From contig NC_043007.1 of the NCBI RefSeq assembly GCF_006345805.1, positions 70,680,001 to 70,744,000 on the forward strand: DNA of 64,000 nt, read 5' to 3'. The translations under genes were made by a program, and so were the position numbers. This DNA comes from Octopus sinensis (Eukaryota). Below the pieces are notes generated by a model. The model had not been told where the DNA came from. It made no database searches and saw only the letters and a list, made by a program, of their open reading frames with translations. Shown here piece after piece: positions 36,500 to 50,747 of this stretch; the stretch's first letter is position 1, and every line of letters begins with the position of its first letter.

Positions 36500-37770
36500 C
36501 AGGGTTGAACAAAATAATGGAAACACCTATAAATATATTGCATCATAATTTTGAAATATCTATTAAACTGTCAGAAGCTTGTTTATTTTTATGTTTTTTG
36601 ATTTATTATTAGTGTTGCTTAATATGTTTTGCTAAAATGCTGTTTCTTTTCAGATATCATCAGAAAAAGGTAATTAAAATTCATTAAAATGACAAATCTA
36701 TGGGACTTTCAAAGAAGCCAAATTGCTGGTGCTCATATGGCAGGCTTTAGCATAATGAAAACAGCCAAAATGTTTGGTGTATCAAGAAGTATTGTCTCGA
36801 AAGTAATAACGGCCTTTGAGAAAGAGGGAAAAACCTCCTTGCTGAAACAAATCTCTGGAAGAAATCCAAAACTTTCAGATTAGGACAGTCGGACTCTTAC
36901 ATGTATTGTTAGAAAGGATCACAAAAGTACAACTCCCAAAATTACTGCAGAGCTTAACGACCAACTCGAGAATGCAGTTCTCAAAATTGTTCACCAGGAG
37001 CTGCACGAAGCTAGATTTTATGGGAGGGCTGCAGTCAGAAAACCACTATTCTCAGAAATAGACGTTTCAAACTGTTTAGAGTGGAGTAAAAACCTATAGA
37101 ATTAGTCCCTAGAGCAGTGGAAGAATATTATTTTCTTGGACGAGTTATACTTTACCTTATTTCCGACCACCAGCCGAGTATACATGTGGAGGCAGCCAAA
37201 AGAAGCATTTGACCCAGACTACCTTCTTCTAACTGTTAAACATGGAGGAGGATCTGTGATGATCTGGTGGGGGCATATCTTGGAAATCCACCGGCCCAAT
37301 GGTTTCCCTTCATGGCAGAATTAATAGTCAAGACTATTTAAGCATTTTATCTGATCAAATTCATCCTATGGTTGCAGGCCTGTTTTCAGAGGGAAATGCA
37401 ATCTTTCAGGATGATAATGCACCAATTCACACAGCTAAAGTTGTTATTGAATGGCATGAGGAACATTTTAGTGAAGTTGAACATCTCATCTGGCCACCAC
37501 AGTCCCCAGATCTCAATATTATTGAACATTTATGGTGCGTTTTAGAAAAACAAGTAAGGAGTCAATATCCTCTACCATCATCACTACAAGAACTGGAGAC
37601 TGTTTTAGCTGAAGAATAGACAAAAATTCCTTTGGAGACAATTCAAACTTTGTATAAGTCCATACCTCGTAGAATTCAAGCTGTAATTACTGCCAAAGGC
37701 GGTCCTACTCCATATTAGAATAAATTTGTTTGAAATTTTAAGTTGTTTCCATTATGTTGTCCGACCCCTG
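36500..37770 (+). mobile_element. Full-length Tc1-like DNA transposon, DD36E (Incomer-like)
   Basis: Imperfect TIRs CAGGGTTGAACAAAATAATGGAAAC / GTTTCCATTATGTTGTCCGACCCCTG; TA at 36498-99 and 37771-72; 1271 bp. Confidence 0.9.
36689..37718 (+). pseudogene. Tc1 transposase pseudogene (DD36E)
   Basis: HTH region, GRAAVRKP, IIFLDE, TVKHGGGSVMIW, FQDD-36 aa-EHLW, GGPTPY*; several stops and a frameshift. Confidence 0.9.
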
Positions 37771-37773
37771 TAT

Positions 37774-37816
<43 letters not shown>

Positions 37817-37865
37817 ATATAAATAATATATAGATATATGCATGTATACATACATATATGTACAT

Positions 37866-37987
37866 GTGGTTCAGTCCCTGCATGGCACCTTGGGCAAGTG
37901 TCTTCTACTACAGCCTCGGGCTGACCAAAGCCTTGTGAGTGGATTTGGTAGATGGAAAGTGAAAGAAGCCTGTCGTGTATATATATA

Positions 37988-38063
<76 letters not shown>

Positions 38064-38256
38064 TTGTGTGTCTGTGTTTGTCCTCCCAACATCGCTTGAC
38101 AACTGATGCTGGTGTGTTCATATCCCTGTAACTTAGTGGTTCGGCAAAAGAGACCGATAGAATAAGTACTAGGCTTACAAAGAATAAGTCAACTAAAGGT
38201 GATGCTCCAGCATGGCCGCAGTCAAATGACTGAAACAAGTAAAAGAGTAAAAGAGT
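37866..38256 (+). mobile_element. SINE family B (5'-clipped)
   Basis: Match to family B with (AT)n/(GT)n core. Confidence 0.85.
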
Positions 38257-38539
38257 AACTTACATATATATGTATATATACATGCATATATGGGTACAGG
38301 ACATCTAAAAAATGTCAACAAAATGAGAAACGAGAACATAAAAAACAAAAACATAGAAAATGAACTTTTATCGAACAATGAAAGAAACAAACAGAGAAAT
38401 GAGACAGGCAACATAAAGAACATTCCCTTCATCAGTTGTCCCCTGTTTTATCTACTCCACGTTTCGAAGGTAGGAACAAGACATGACTTTGTTAAAACAG
38501 TCCTTCCTGCAAAGCAAATTAAATAAAATTTAGGATTTT

Positions 38540-39402
38540 TTGCAGAGGGTTAAAGTGGTAACAAAAACAGGAGATGCTGACAGGTGGAAAGTGCACTGCT
38601 TTTTCAGAGCAGCATACAGGCTGAGTGGAAATGGGATGATGGAGAGACATCATAGAGCAATCAAGGCCATGGCGGGGAGGGGACATGTCTCACTGCTGGA
38701 AGCGGTGTTCTGGTACAACATGTCACTCTGATCAGGACAGGCTGAAAAGTCTGTGTCACACAGAGTAATATTCAAATATGAATGGCGGCATATGAATAAA
38801 CCATTGAGATGCCCTGTAGAAGAGAGAGGGCCTGACTTTGTGGAGGTGGGAGATGAAGTCTGGGTCAAGCCACCAAACGCATGCTGCACAACTCAGTGGA
38901 ACAGAGGAATAGTGACGGCTGTTAATTCCAAAAGGAACCTTTCTGTGAATGGAATGCCTCATCATGTCTTGGATGTTCATAGGATTGTCGGTTCATTGGA
39001 TGATGATTGTGGAGAAGAGGAAGAGAATGAGGTTCCCAGTTTAAGAAGATCACAATGTGCAAGGTACCTGCCCGGGTGGGAGGTAGATTTCAACATTGAG
39101 ATTGGTGGTGGTGGGGGGGGGGGCATGCGGGGATGAGCCGGAAGAAGAAGGCCATGAGGTCAATGGTGAAGGGACTGACTGGAAGAGAAAGTGTGTGAAG
39201 GGAAATTCGTGGGAGACAGGGTCCACCTCTTCTTGCCCGCCGGAGGCATTGTGAACAGACTTCAGGGAATTCACTCCCAGGTTGGTCAGATAGCAGCTGC
39301 TTATACTGGGTGACAGGGGTAGGGCAGGATCGCTGGAGAGATTACTACTGGACAGGCACAGAGAAGAGAGGAAGGTAGGTGAACCTCTTTTCATTTCCAA
39401 CA
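38540..39402 (+). mobile_element. Ty3/Gypsy remnant: integrase C-terminus, PPT and 3' LTR
   Basis: AYRLSGNGMMERHHRAIK, VGDEVWVKPPNACCTTQWNRGIVT (GPY/F-like); G-rich PPT ending near 39123; LTR TG(39126)...CA(39402), 277 bp. Confidence 0.8.
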
Positions 39403-40035
39403 CCCGATAGCTACATCATTTATTTTGGATGCTGACCAAAATTAATAAAATGTAAGGGAAAAAGTATTTATTCTCTCACTGCAGTGAAGTTGACCAGGTC
39501 CCAGCTGGAGTAGAATCAGGGTTTATCATGATCCTTTTGCTGCTAGGAGTGTGTTAAAGCAAGGCTTGTGAAGAATTCTCTCACACACCCACGCATAAAC
39601 ACACACACACACAGCATGCCTGTTAATGATTTGATTTCGTTAAAACATGGCCTAAGTTCAGTAAAGAACACGAGATCTTTTAGAAATATATCTACTTATT
39701 AAACTGAATGGCATTTCCATGCATTTCGTATAAAGCAATTAAAATATAATATTCTAAAAGCAAAGTTTATGATGTAATAATTTAATTAAATATTCAGACA
39801 TGTTTTATTAAAATTACGGTATTCAGACATGACTACTGCATGTTTTACTGGGTTATCAACAAACATCAACTAATATTTTTGGCAGAAATATTCTCAGCAC
39901 ATTTCAAGAACAGTATTTCAATAGATTCAGAAGGATAAAAAGAAAAAGAAAATATTTTGATGGTAAAAAATGTTTTATAATGTAAAACACAGCAGATTTT
40001 CATAAAGATTACTAGAAAATGCTGCACTTTTATTA

Positions 40036-40090
<55 letters not shown>

Positions 40091-40145
40091 GTTGTTGTTG
40101 TTGTTGTTGTTGTTGTCGTCGTCGTCGTCATCATCATCATCATCA

Positions 40146-40189
<44 letters not shown>

Positions 40190-41099
40190 GGGTCATCCCA
40201 TAAATAATGTGGTTTTTTTATACTTCTTTTATTTTCTAAAATTAAAATAAACAAAGTTTTTTTTAAATTTAAAATATACTCTCCTTCATTTTCCACAATG
40301 CTCTTCCATCTATCTGGTTGACTTGAAAGACCCCTCTTCCATAATTCACTCACTTGTCTGTGATAAAAAATACTCCTCCAGTACCGTTCTGACCTCATCT
40401 ACATAGGCATAGGAGTGGCTGTGTGGTAACAGGCTTGCTTACGAACCACATGGTTCTGGGTTCACTCCAACTGCGTGGCACATTGGGCAAGTGTCTTCTA
40501 CTATAGTCTCGGGCCGACCAAAGCCTTGTGAGTCATCATCATCATCATCATCATCACCATCACCATTGCCGCCACCACCACCACCACCACCACAGTATTA
40601 GTATTATTGTTGTTGTTGTTGTTATTAATATTATTATTGTTATTTGCACAGAGTAGCATATTTTTTAGTAACCTAGTATCCACAGAGAATAAAGAAGCTA
40701 TATTCCAAAATAACTTTGTAATCAATTCTTTAATCCTTCCCCCTGACTTTTTTGTATATTCCCTCCCACACTCGTTGCGCTCACAAATACAAAAGAAAAC
40801 AGAATAGTAATTTAAAACATGTTTGATGTGGTAAACTGATTTTGGGGTAAAATTCTTATATTTTCTTTTTACCTTTTGGCTAAGAAACTGGATTAGAAAT
40901 GTTGGTTCTCATCAAATTTGCTGATGGCTGTGTATAGGGGTAGTCATGGCAGGGTGGTTAGAAAGCTTATTTTGTCATCATGTGGTTTTGGGTTCAGTCC
41001 CACTGTGCAACACCTTGGGCAAGCATCTAGAACAGTATTCCTGGGTTGATCAATAACTTCTGTGGGAATTTTGAAGATGGAAGCTGTGAGAATGCCCAT

Positions 41100-41400
41100 C
41101 ATCATCATCATCATCATCATCACCACCATCATCACCATCACCATCTCCATCACCATCACCATCACCATCACCACCATCATCCTCATCATCATCAACATTT
41201 AAGGTCTGTTATCCATGCTGGCATGGGTTGATGGCTTGATAGGAACTGGTAAGGCCTGGGGGTGCACCAGATTCTGTAGTCTGTTTTGGCTTGGTTTCTA
41301 CAGCTGGATGCCCTTCCTAATGCCAACCACTTTACAGAGTGTACAGAGTGCTTTTTATGCGGCACCAGCACCGACACCAGTGCTTTTTATGCGGCACCTT
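41100..41400 (-). mobile_element. RTE 3' UTR fragment with long (CAT/CAC)n tail
   Basis: ccatgctggcatgggttg...ggatgcccttcctaatgccaacc signature. Confidence 0.75.
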
Positions 41401-41507
41401 AGTTTTAAGATCTCAATTCTGTTGTAATTGGTGGGTCTTTTTGAGTAGAACACTGCACCACATATCTTGGTCCTCATGCGCACGTGTGTGTGTATTTGTG
41501 TTTGTTT

Positions 41508-41736
41508 CTTATTTCTTTATTGCCCACAAGGAGCTAAACATAGAGGGGACAAACAAGGACAGACAAAGGGATTAAGTTGATTACATCGACTCCAGTGCAT
41601 AACTGGTACTTAATTTATCGATTCTGAAAGGATGAAAGGCAAAGTTGACCTCGGTGGAATTTGAACTCAGAACGTAACGGCAGACGAAATACCGATAAGC
41701 ATTTCACCCAGCTTGCTAACATTTCTGCCAGCTTGC
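41508..41736 (-). mobile_element. SINE family A
   Basis: Reverse-complement match to family A. Confidence 0.85.
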
Positions 41737-42199
41737 CGTATTTGTGTTTGTTTCTGTTAGTCCCCCTCCACCTCTTGACAACCAGAGTCAGTTTTTTACA
41801 TCCCCTTACCTTGGAGTGGGGTGGGGGATTTTGGTGGTTCAGTAAACAAGACCAATGAATAATACCAAACTTTAAAATAATTATTAAGACCGATTTGTTT
41901 GACTAAAACGCTTCAAGGGGGTGCCCCAGACTGGCCACCATCCAATAAGTGAAACAACTGCCAGCCTGTCTTTATGAGTGCTTTTGAGTTTAAACTTCCA
42001 AATTACTCAGTAAGCCTAAATATTTTATTTGCAAATATTTTAAACATATCTGCTTTCATTTGCTGAACTAATTACTTCTACTGCTAGATTGCCTTCTTGT
42101 GTAATTAACTAATTAATTACACACATATTACAACATAAATAGGGAATTTTGTTGTAGAAACACATTTAAGTAACCTGGATATTCATATCTTAAATATTA

Positions 42200-42735
42200 T
42201 AATACAAGCATATATATGTACATACACACACATATGGATATACAGACATAGACACAAACACACACACACACATGCATTTACACACATACATCCAAATACA
42301 CACATGTCTATATATACACACACTCATATGCATATATGCATCTATATCTATACGCATCTACACATATACACATCTACATACACACTCATATACTATATGC
42401 ATCGATATGCACATCTACACACATACACACACCTACATACATACACACTCATATATACATATGTGTATGTATATATATATATGCATACACACACGTCTAT
42501 ATATCTATATACACACACATCTATATATCTATATGTGCATACACACACATCTACATGCACCCATATACATACATCTATACATACTCATATACATACATTT
42601 ATACACACTCATATACATACATGCATCTATATAGACATACAAACACCTACATGTGCACACATACAGGTACATGCATATATACATACATCCACATACACAA
42701 ATGCACACACACATACGCATACATGCAACAATACA
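42200..42735. repeat. CA/TA-rich low-complexity tract
   Basis: Direct reading; source of the H/T/Y/I ORFs. Confidence 0.9.
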
Positions 42736-42979
42736 CTAATTTTATTAGCAAGCTGTTATTTGTTTTAACTGATCATATTTGAAAATCTCTCTTAAGTAAT
42801 CTCAAATATTTTCCTCAAACTTCTCCTCTAGCCCTGGCTTCCTAATCACTCGTTGAGGCCACACACAACTCTGACTTTTCTATTTCTTATAAATGCAAGA
42901 TTTTTATTCTTCATTACTTTGACAGCTGTTTTACTAGAAACAAAGTAATTTTAGTTTAACATCTGTGTATAGATCAGAT

Positions 42980-43335
42980 CATGCCAGGTGTGTGTGTGTG
43001 TATAGTGGGGGGGGGGAAGCATGCACCATTGCAACATATTGCTGCATTCACCATATTTCGGTATATTCCCAGGTCTTCTGGGCGTATGTGTTCCCCCCAG
43101 CTGGACGGGACGCCAGTCCATCGTAGCATTACTCAAGAATCAGGAAGAGAGAGTGAGAGAAAGTCGGGGGCGAAAGAGTACAACAGGGGTCGCCACCACC
43201 CCCTGCCGGAGCCTTGTGGAGCTTTAGGAATTTTCACTCAATAAACACACACAACGCCTGGTCTGGGAATTGAAACCGCGATCTTCCGACTACGAATCCG
43301 CTGCCCTAACCACTGGGCCATTGCGTCTCCACATC
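42980..43335 (-). mobile_element. tRNA-derived SINE related to family C
   Basis: Minus head ggagacgcaatggcccagtggttagggc...gcggtttcaattcc; shares aagctccac and ccgtcc..ctggg blocks with family C. Confidence 0.7.
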
Positions 43336-44063
43336 AACTGTCATTTGCAGACCATAAATACCTCTTACTGCCTAATTTCCTTCTGGTAAGAATATGTTCA
43401 TCCACAAGACGTATTTCCGAGGAAACCTACTTCTATAACATATCTCTTATAAACTTCTCCTCCTCCCCACTCATCATCATCATCATCATCATAGTTTTTG
43501 TCATCATCGCTGTCATCATCATCATCATCATCAGCAGCAGTTACAGCAGCAGCACCACCACCACCACCGCCACCATCACCACCATTGAACTCATATACAA
43601 CAATATTGTATTACCGTATCATGCCTCTCTTGGAATGAACCTTATGCTCACAGTGTTTTGTTATCTTTATACCTACCAGTTATCCTCTCCATTACATAAT
43701 CTCTCTAAATCTATTTATCTGTCCTAACACAACATTTGTTAGAGCAGTGCAGAAGTAATTTTCCGACAGAAATGTCTGATAGCTTCCAGCCCCTTCCTTC
43801 TATTTGCTATCACATTCCTCACTGCAATCATTGGTTTCACCTTGATCTCATTAGCCTATAATCTGTATTCTTATCACACATATATCACCAGATATTAGTT
43901 TCATATTCCTGACTATTAATACAGTCAATATGTCTCTTAGTCTTTCCTAACTGTTTGATAACAAGATGCCTGGTTGGGATCTTCGAGTTTGTGCTACAGA
44001 TGGTAAATGCATTCATGCCACAGCTTCTCACAAGATTCTGCTAAATACTACTGTGCTCTGTTT

Positions 44064-44229
44064 TGTCTGGGGAGAGTAATTTTCTTTTTGTGCCTTATAA
44101 TGTAAAACACTCACAAGTAAAATTTCCACTTATTTCTTATTTTTATTTTCCTAAAATTTTCATTGCGTCTTGCAACCTTTTCAATAGTCTTGACTCTCGG
44201 CACAAAAAGAAAATGACTCTCCCCAGACA
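44064..44229. mobile_element. Small inverted-repeat element (31-bp arms), probable MITE
   Basis: tgtctggggagagtaattttctttttgtgcc (44064-44094) versus 44199-44229, one mismatch; no clear TSD. Confidence 0.55.
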
Positions 44230-44509
44230 CAAAAGAATATGCTTCAACACACGAACTCATATAAAGAATCTTGCAAACCAAATCAAAAAACGAACTACTG
44301 TGCACTTTTGAAGTAAAATTGGTAACTTAATCATTGTACTTCATAAAGAGGAGCGTATACAGAGTATACAGAAGTAGACATACAAATCATTTGTGGATAG
44401 TGTTATGCCTTTCCCTAATCCTGTTCCTGTCACTTTAAAAGTAACACTTTACATGAATTAGATGTCATATATTTTGGTAATTCATAAAATACACATATTT
44501 TGTTGTTTG

Positions 44510-45385
<876 letters not shown>

Positions 45386-46610
45386 GAAATTAAGTAAAAG
45401 GAAATTTTAAAGAAACCAGCAAATATTCTACCCCAAATTTTTTGTCTGAGAATGAACTAACAATTATATTGATGCTTTCAATTCTGAAATATTTATTTTC
45501 TGTTGTTTATAAATTATTTATATTCTTTTTTCTTTTTGTAGTAGTCATTCGATATTAATTTTTCAATGTTTCCTTTGCTAATATCAAAATAATCCTTTCA
45601 TTAGACTTACATTACAAATTAAAGAATCTCAACTTTCACTGCCTGTATTCTTGCCAAGCTGTCTAAACATATGTGCTGCTTAGCTTTTGGATATGGAGAT
45701 ATGTTTTATGAACAGTTCTATGCCATATCATAAGGTTTTGTAATTAGGACTATCCATCAATGGGTGATCAATCTAATTATGTTATAAAGTTAAGTTTTAT
45801 TATTTTTATTGAATTCATTGCTTATTTTTGAAGAAATAGCATGATGGCAAAACAGTCATCCATTTCCATTTGATTCAAACTTTGGTAAAGAGAATGGGAA
45901 TATAATTTATTCCATTAATACTCTTTTCTTCTTTTATTTATTTATTCCTGAAGAGGATTTTGAATTCTCAGTGGAGGAATTTGAATCTTATTTTTAATTA
46001 CAACAGATTCAGGGGAGAATGTATAAAAACAAAACAAACTCCAAACCAAAGGATTTTTAGAAAATATATCAGAACAGTATTAAAGAATAACATTTCACTC
46101 AACAAGAGTTTAATTAGACTAAAATCCAATAAAAAATAATGAAATTAGCAATTGCCAACAGCCATTCAATTGTTAAATGGCATGGACCTTTAATAGTCTT
46201 GAAGTTTATCATTATTATTTAATCTTTAACATTTAAATCATTGTGTTAATTCATTGTATGTTGATGTGGAAGTCATGGTTGGAGGCATTCAGGAATCCAC
46301 AGGAGAGGCAGACCAAGAAAGATGCAAAAAGAGAGATGGTGAAGGCTGATCTTGGATTGTAAAACCTCATAAAACAAATGTAAAAGAACAACCACAAAAA
46401 GTAGTAAAACACTGTGCTGGAGGAAGATCCTTCTATGCCATTCTTCTGTGTAAAAATCTCCATAAAACCATGATGATTCTTTAAAATAACACCAATAAGT
46501 TTTGATCAGAGAACAAATGAAGAATGACTAAATGAGGGATTCTCAAAGCAGGTTATGTTGTAATATTAGGGTTTTCTTGAGAAATTACAGAGGTATTTCC
46601 GTAATTATAG

Positions 46611-46775
46611 GCACAAGAGTGGCTGCGTGGTAAGTAGCTTGCTTACCAACCACATGGTTCCAGGTTCAGTCCCACTGCATGGCACCTTGGGCAAAGTGTC
46701 ATCTACTATAGCCTCGGGCCGACGAATGCCTTGTGAGTGGATTTGGTAGACAGAAACTAAAAGAAGCCCGTCGTA

Positions 46776-46867
<92 letters not shown>

Positions 46868-47095
46868 TTGTGTGTGTGTATGTTTGTGTGTCTGTGTTTG
46901 TCCCCCCAATATCGCTTGATAACCGATGCTGGTGTATTTAAGTCCCCGTAACTTAGTGGTTCAGCAAAAGACACCAATAGAACAAGTACTAGGCTTACAA
47001 AGAATAAGTCCTGGGGTCGATTTGCTTGACTAAAGGTGGTGCTCCAGCATGGCCACAGTCAAATGACTGAAACAAGTAAAAGAGTAAAGAGTAAG
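46611..47095 (+). mobile_element. SINE family B
   Basis: Full-length copy. Confidence 0.9.
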
Positions 47096-47714
47096 ATTAA
47101 GTAAATGGTTGCAAAAATACTGAAATCTTGAAGTAAAGACAATCAACTAAATGTCAACTTGTGTCTCATGTAAACCTGACATACAAATAGTAAGTGTGAA
47201 CTTTCAGTCTTTGTGGAATTGTATTAGAGATTCCTTTCTAATATGATTCTGACGATTCTGTATTCTTGCTTAAATTTGAATTGAAAGTTTACACAACGAA
47301 CATAACCGAATTGTTAGGTAGCTGAGTAGACATCACAATCAAACCACAGTTGTTTCACATGATTAGTTTATTAAGCAACCAATCAGCAGCAAGCTATCAT
47401 GCAATTTGATTTTTAGAACTTTCTAATTGTGCCCTAAATAACGGTGATTTTTGGTAGTAATCACAGAATGTTGAGGCAGCCACTCAACATATCCATTCTC
47501 ATCACAACATCCAGTCAATGACAGATAGAAGACAAAAATTTTCATCGCCTCAAATATAGCATGATTAGTTTTCAGATGTGATAGGTCCATCACAGATTGC
47601 TATATTGGTTAACTTTCTTTATGTCATAGATCCCAGCAGTATGTCTCCCCTGAGGTGTAATTGTTACTGTTATTATTTGTTAAAAGACCAACACAGAAAG
47701 TATTGTGTGCAGTC

Positions 47715-48699
47715 ACCGAAGGGAAAGTTCACTGTCATCAATTCACCTTTAGTGGTTTGGTTACTGTTTGTGTAACACTACTTTTATGTTTCCTATTTGG
47801 AAATAGATAATAAATTTATTTTACTTTTGATGTAGGAATATATATATTCATAAACACGTCACTTATAACTTACTTACAAGTGTTATCATTATACATAAAT
47901 CCTGACTCCAGCTACATAAACGCCATAGCGAGAAACATATACTCTGAAACGCTAACTGACATTTTATGTGTGCATGTATGTTGAAGATAAATAAATTCAT
48001 GTTTTTTTAAGCACTATAAAAATACAGTTTCATAATTACAGAAATAAATTTCATTAACAAGTTGAAGAACGTGAAGAAAGAGAAAATAATTACTACATTA
48101 GTTTATTTATGTACATTTAGCATTTATAGTACAATTAGAAAGTAAAGTCATTTTGTCATAGAGAATTACGACTTAAAATTCACACTAACTAATCCTTCAT
48201 ACTAACTACTAGAGTTCACAACAATTCAAATAAGTCTTTTTGGATTTTTATCATAGACATGGCATAAAAAATAGTCAATATTTCAAAGAGTGAATGTCAT
48301 GGAGTTTAGTAACATCCCACAAACACTAAAGTTTTCCCCAAAATCCAGGGTTTTTATAACTGCTCAACTTGACGCTAAAGAATTGAAATCACATAAAAAT
48401 ATTCTTTTACTAATTTTCGGAATTCCTATATGAGCAGTTATTTCAACCAATGAGAAAACAACAATCATATTTCCTCAGCAATACGACATTATGTCATATT
48501 GCCAGCTGCCACAAATTGGTGCCACTATTTGAATGGCTGCACGCTACACATGTTTTTGTTTTTTCGATAAAATAGTTTTTGACTATTAATGGTGAGATAC
48601 TATGGATATATTTTCTCAGAAAACTTTCCTTTTGGTGAACTTTCCTCATGGTGAACTTTCTTCACAGTGAATTGATGGCAGTGAACTTACCTGTAATCA
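47715..48699. mobile_element. Probable longer copy of the AAGTTCAC/GTGAACTT MITE
   Basis: 48555-48699 matches 10392-10426 joined to 11172-11317; short left-arm motif gggaaagttcactgtcatcaattcacc near 47720-47746. Confidence 0.45.
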
Positions 48700-49141
48700 T
48701 GGCCAGTAATGAAATCTTCTGTTAATTGTTTGTGAGTGTTGTTAACTACTTCTTCATGCAGTCCTAGAAATACATTTCCATTCACCAGTGACAACAACTG
48801 TAGTTACCATGACTACTGCCATGAAAACAACACACTTGCATCATATGTAACTATGTCTATGTATCAATACTTGTGTGTATATGTTTATGCAATCCACATA
48901 CATATACTCCACTTTTGACAATATTTAGACCTGTTACTGGAGGTAGATATCAACATGTGATCGTTACATTCATTTTTATTTCCTGCCCCCATTCAACTCC
49001 CCCCACTCCACTTGATGAGTCTTTTGTCTGTAACTGATTATTTCAGCTATTGTTCTTATACAACTTGAACAGAGGAAAAGGAAGTCACATCAACAAAATG
49101 AGGGTGATCCCTACTTGACACCTACAGGGTTGTCCTGAGAT

Positions 49142-50400
49142 TTGAAAAAATTAAAAAAACCTCTCATAATCACTGAAGCTATCCTCTTTTTCTGTTATTT
49201 GCTGAATTATAGAAGATATGGCAAAGAAATTGAGTCTACAGCCATTGTTGAATGTCATTATTTACCAAAGGATAACTGTGTGGAGGCACATGGCCTAGTG
49301 GTTAGACCTGCGGACTTGCGGTTGAGGGATTGCAGGTTCAAGTCTCAGAACGGGTGATGTGTATGTTTATGAGTGAAACACCTAAGCTCCATGCAGCTCT
49401 GGCAGAAGGTAATGGCAAACATCTGCTGACTCTTTTGCTACAACTTTCTCTCACTCTTTCCTCCTGCATCTTGCAGCTCACCTGCGACAGACCGGTGTCC
49501 CGTCCAGGTGGGGAACCTATATGCCAAGGAAACTGGGAAACTGGCCCTTATGAGCCAGGCATGGCTTGAGAAGGTACAAACAAAGGATAACTGATATGTC
49601 AGATGATATAAAGAATAAGGTATTTTGGAAGTCAAAGACGGTTCAGTGAATATCTTTCCATCTTACTTGACATATCTGTAGAGAAATGAACTGATTCCTA
49701 ACTGCTTCTACATGTAAGGATTATGATTTTAAAGAATTCTTGTTTTGTCAACCTTCGAAAAGTACAATAAAAAGAGAAGCTATAAATAAAGTTGTACCTG
49801 GTTTCTTTGTCAAAGAAGGTTTTTTTCTTTTGGAAAACTGCAGTCAACAACACAACTGGTGGAATTCCAGCAAAGCTGGGTTGTAGATCTGGTTTCTTGG
49901 CAACAGTGTCAAATAAATGCTAGCCTTGGTATAAAGAAAAATGCACTATAGATATCTACAGATATGCATTATGTTTGAAAACACTGCCTCTAACTCAAAT
50001 CCATTTTTGATAATATTGTACGGATGGTGAACTTTGTCAGATCTAGTTCTTTGAAGACATGGATGTTTGTTGTATTAAGAATTGGAAGTACTTTCGTTTT
50101 ACATAGACTTAAACTGGTTTTCAAGCAGTAATATGGTAGGCAGAGTGACAATGATGAAAGACAAACTGGAAAAATTATTTTTGAGAAACTGAAAGGACAA
50201 ATCTATCAAGTTTACCAATAAATATTTTGATAAGAACTGGAAGATAAACACAACCAGTCTAACTGAATGGTATTTACTTTCTTACTCAATGCACTCAATG
50301 AATAATTTCAAGTCAACCTCATTACTGTTATAGACTTTGTTGATAAATTAAAATTATACCAGATGTAATTTGAGCTGTGGAAGAAAAACTGAAGGTAGGA
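49142..50400 (+). pseudogene. hAT (Buster/ZBED5-SCAND3-like) transposase fossil interrupted by SINE C
   Basis: KKPLIITEAIL, DMSDDIKNKV, PAKLGCRSGFLATV, YRYALCLKTLP, KSIFDNIVRMVNFVRSSSL, NMVGRV...DKLEKLF, LNALNE*FQ..IDFVDKLK; many lesions. Confidence 0.8.
49279..49580 (+). mobile_element. SINE family C with 13-bp TSD
   Basis: CAAAGGATAACTG at 49266-49278 and 49581-49593. Confidence 0.9.
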
Positions 50401-50514
50401 CATTTTAAGTGAAAGCAGCTGGAAGCAAAAGAAATCACCAAAACCAGTGTTAGTCTAGAAACAGTCTTTTTTGCTATGTGAGGAATTAGATTCCTATATT
50501 CCTAATAATAAATT

Positions 50515-50747
50515 ATTGTAGCGTGGAAGGTGTTTATAAGCCATTTAAGAAACACACAAAAACTGTTAGATTCACATCAACATTTAAATTTAATTTGCCA
50601 AAATATTTTCGTCGCTTTGAGACCACGACCTGTTCACTGACAAAAAGCGCCGAAAATATTTTGGCAAATTAAATTTAAATGCTGATGTGAATCTAACAGT
50701 TTTTGTGTGTTTCTTAAATGATTTATAAACACCTTCCACGCTGCAAT
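50515..50747. repeat. Long palindrome, ~104-bp arms, 25-nt spacer
   Basis: 50515-50618 versus 50644-50747, about 5 mismatches counted. Confidence 0.95.

Noticed and set aside
38420-38470. CUGAUGA and GAAACGU motifs in a PLE-like stretch
   Set aside because: Motifs are in type II order, but stem I cannot form and position 17 is G; at most a decayed PLE remnant.
39486-39549. Acceptor followed by EVDQVPAGVESGFIMILLLLG
   Set aside because: Weak donor, no homology recognised, adjacent to an LTR.
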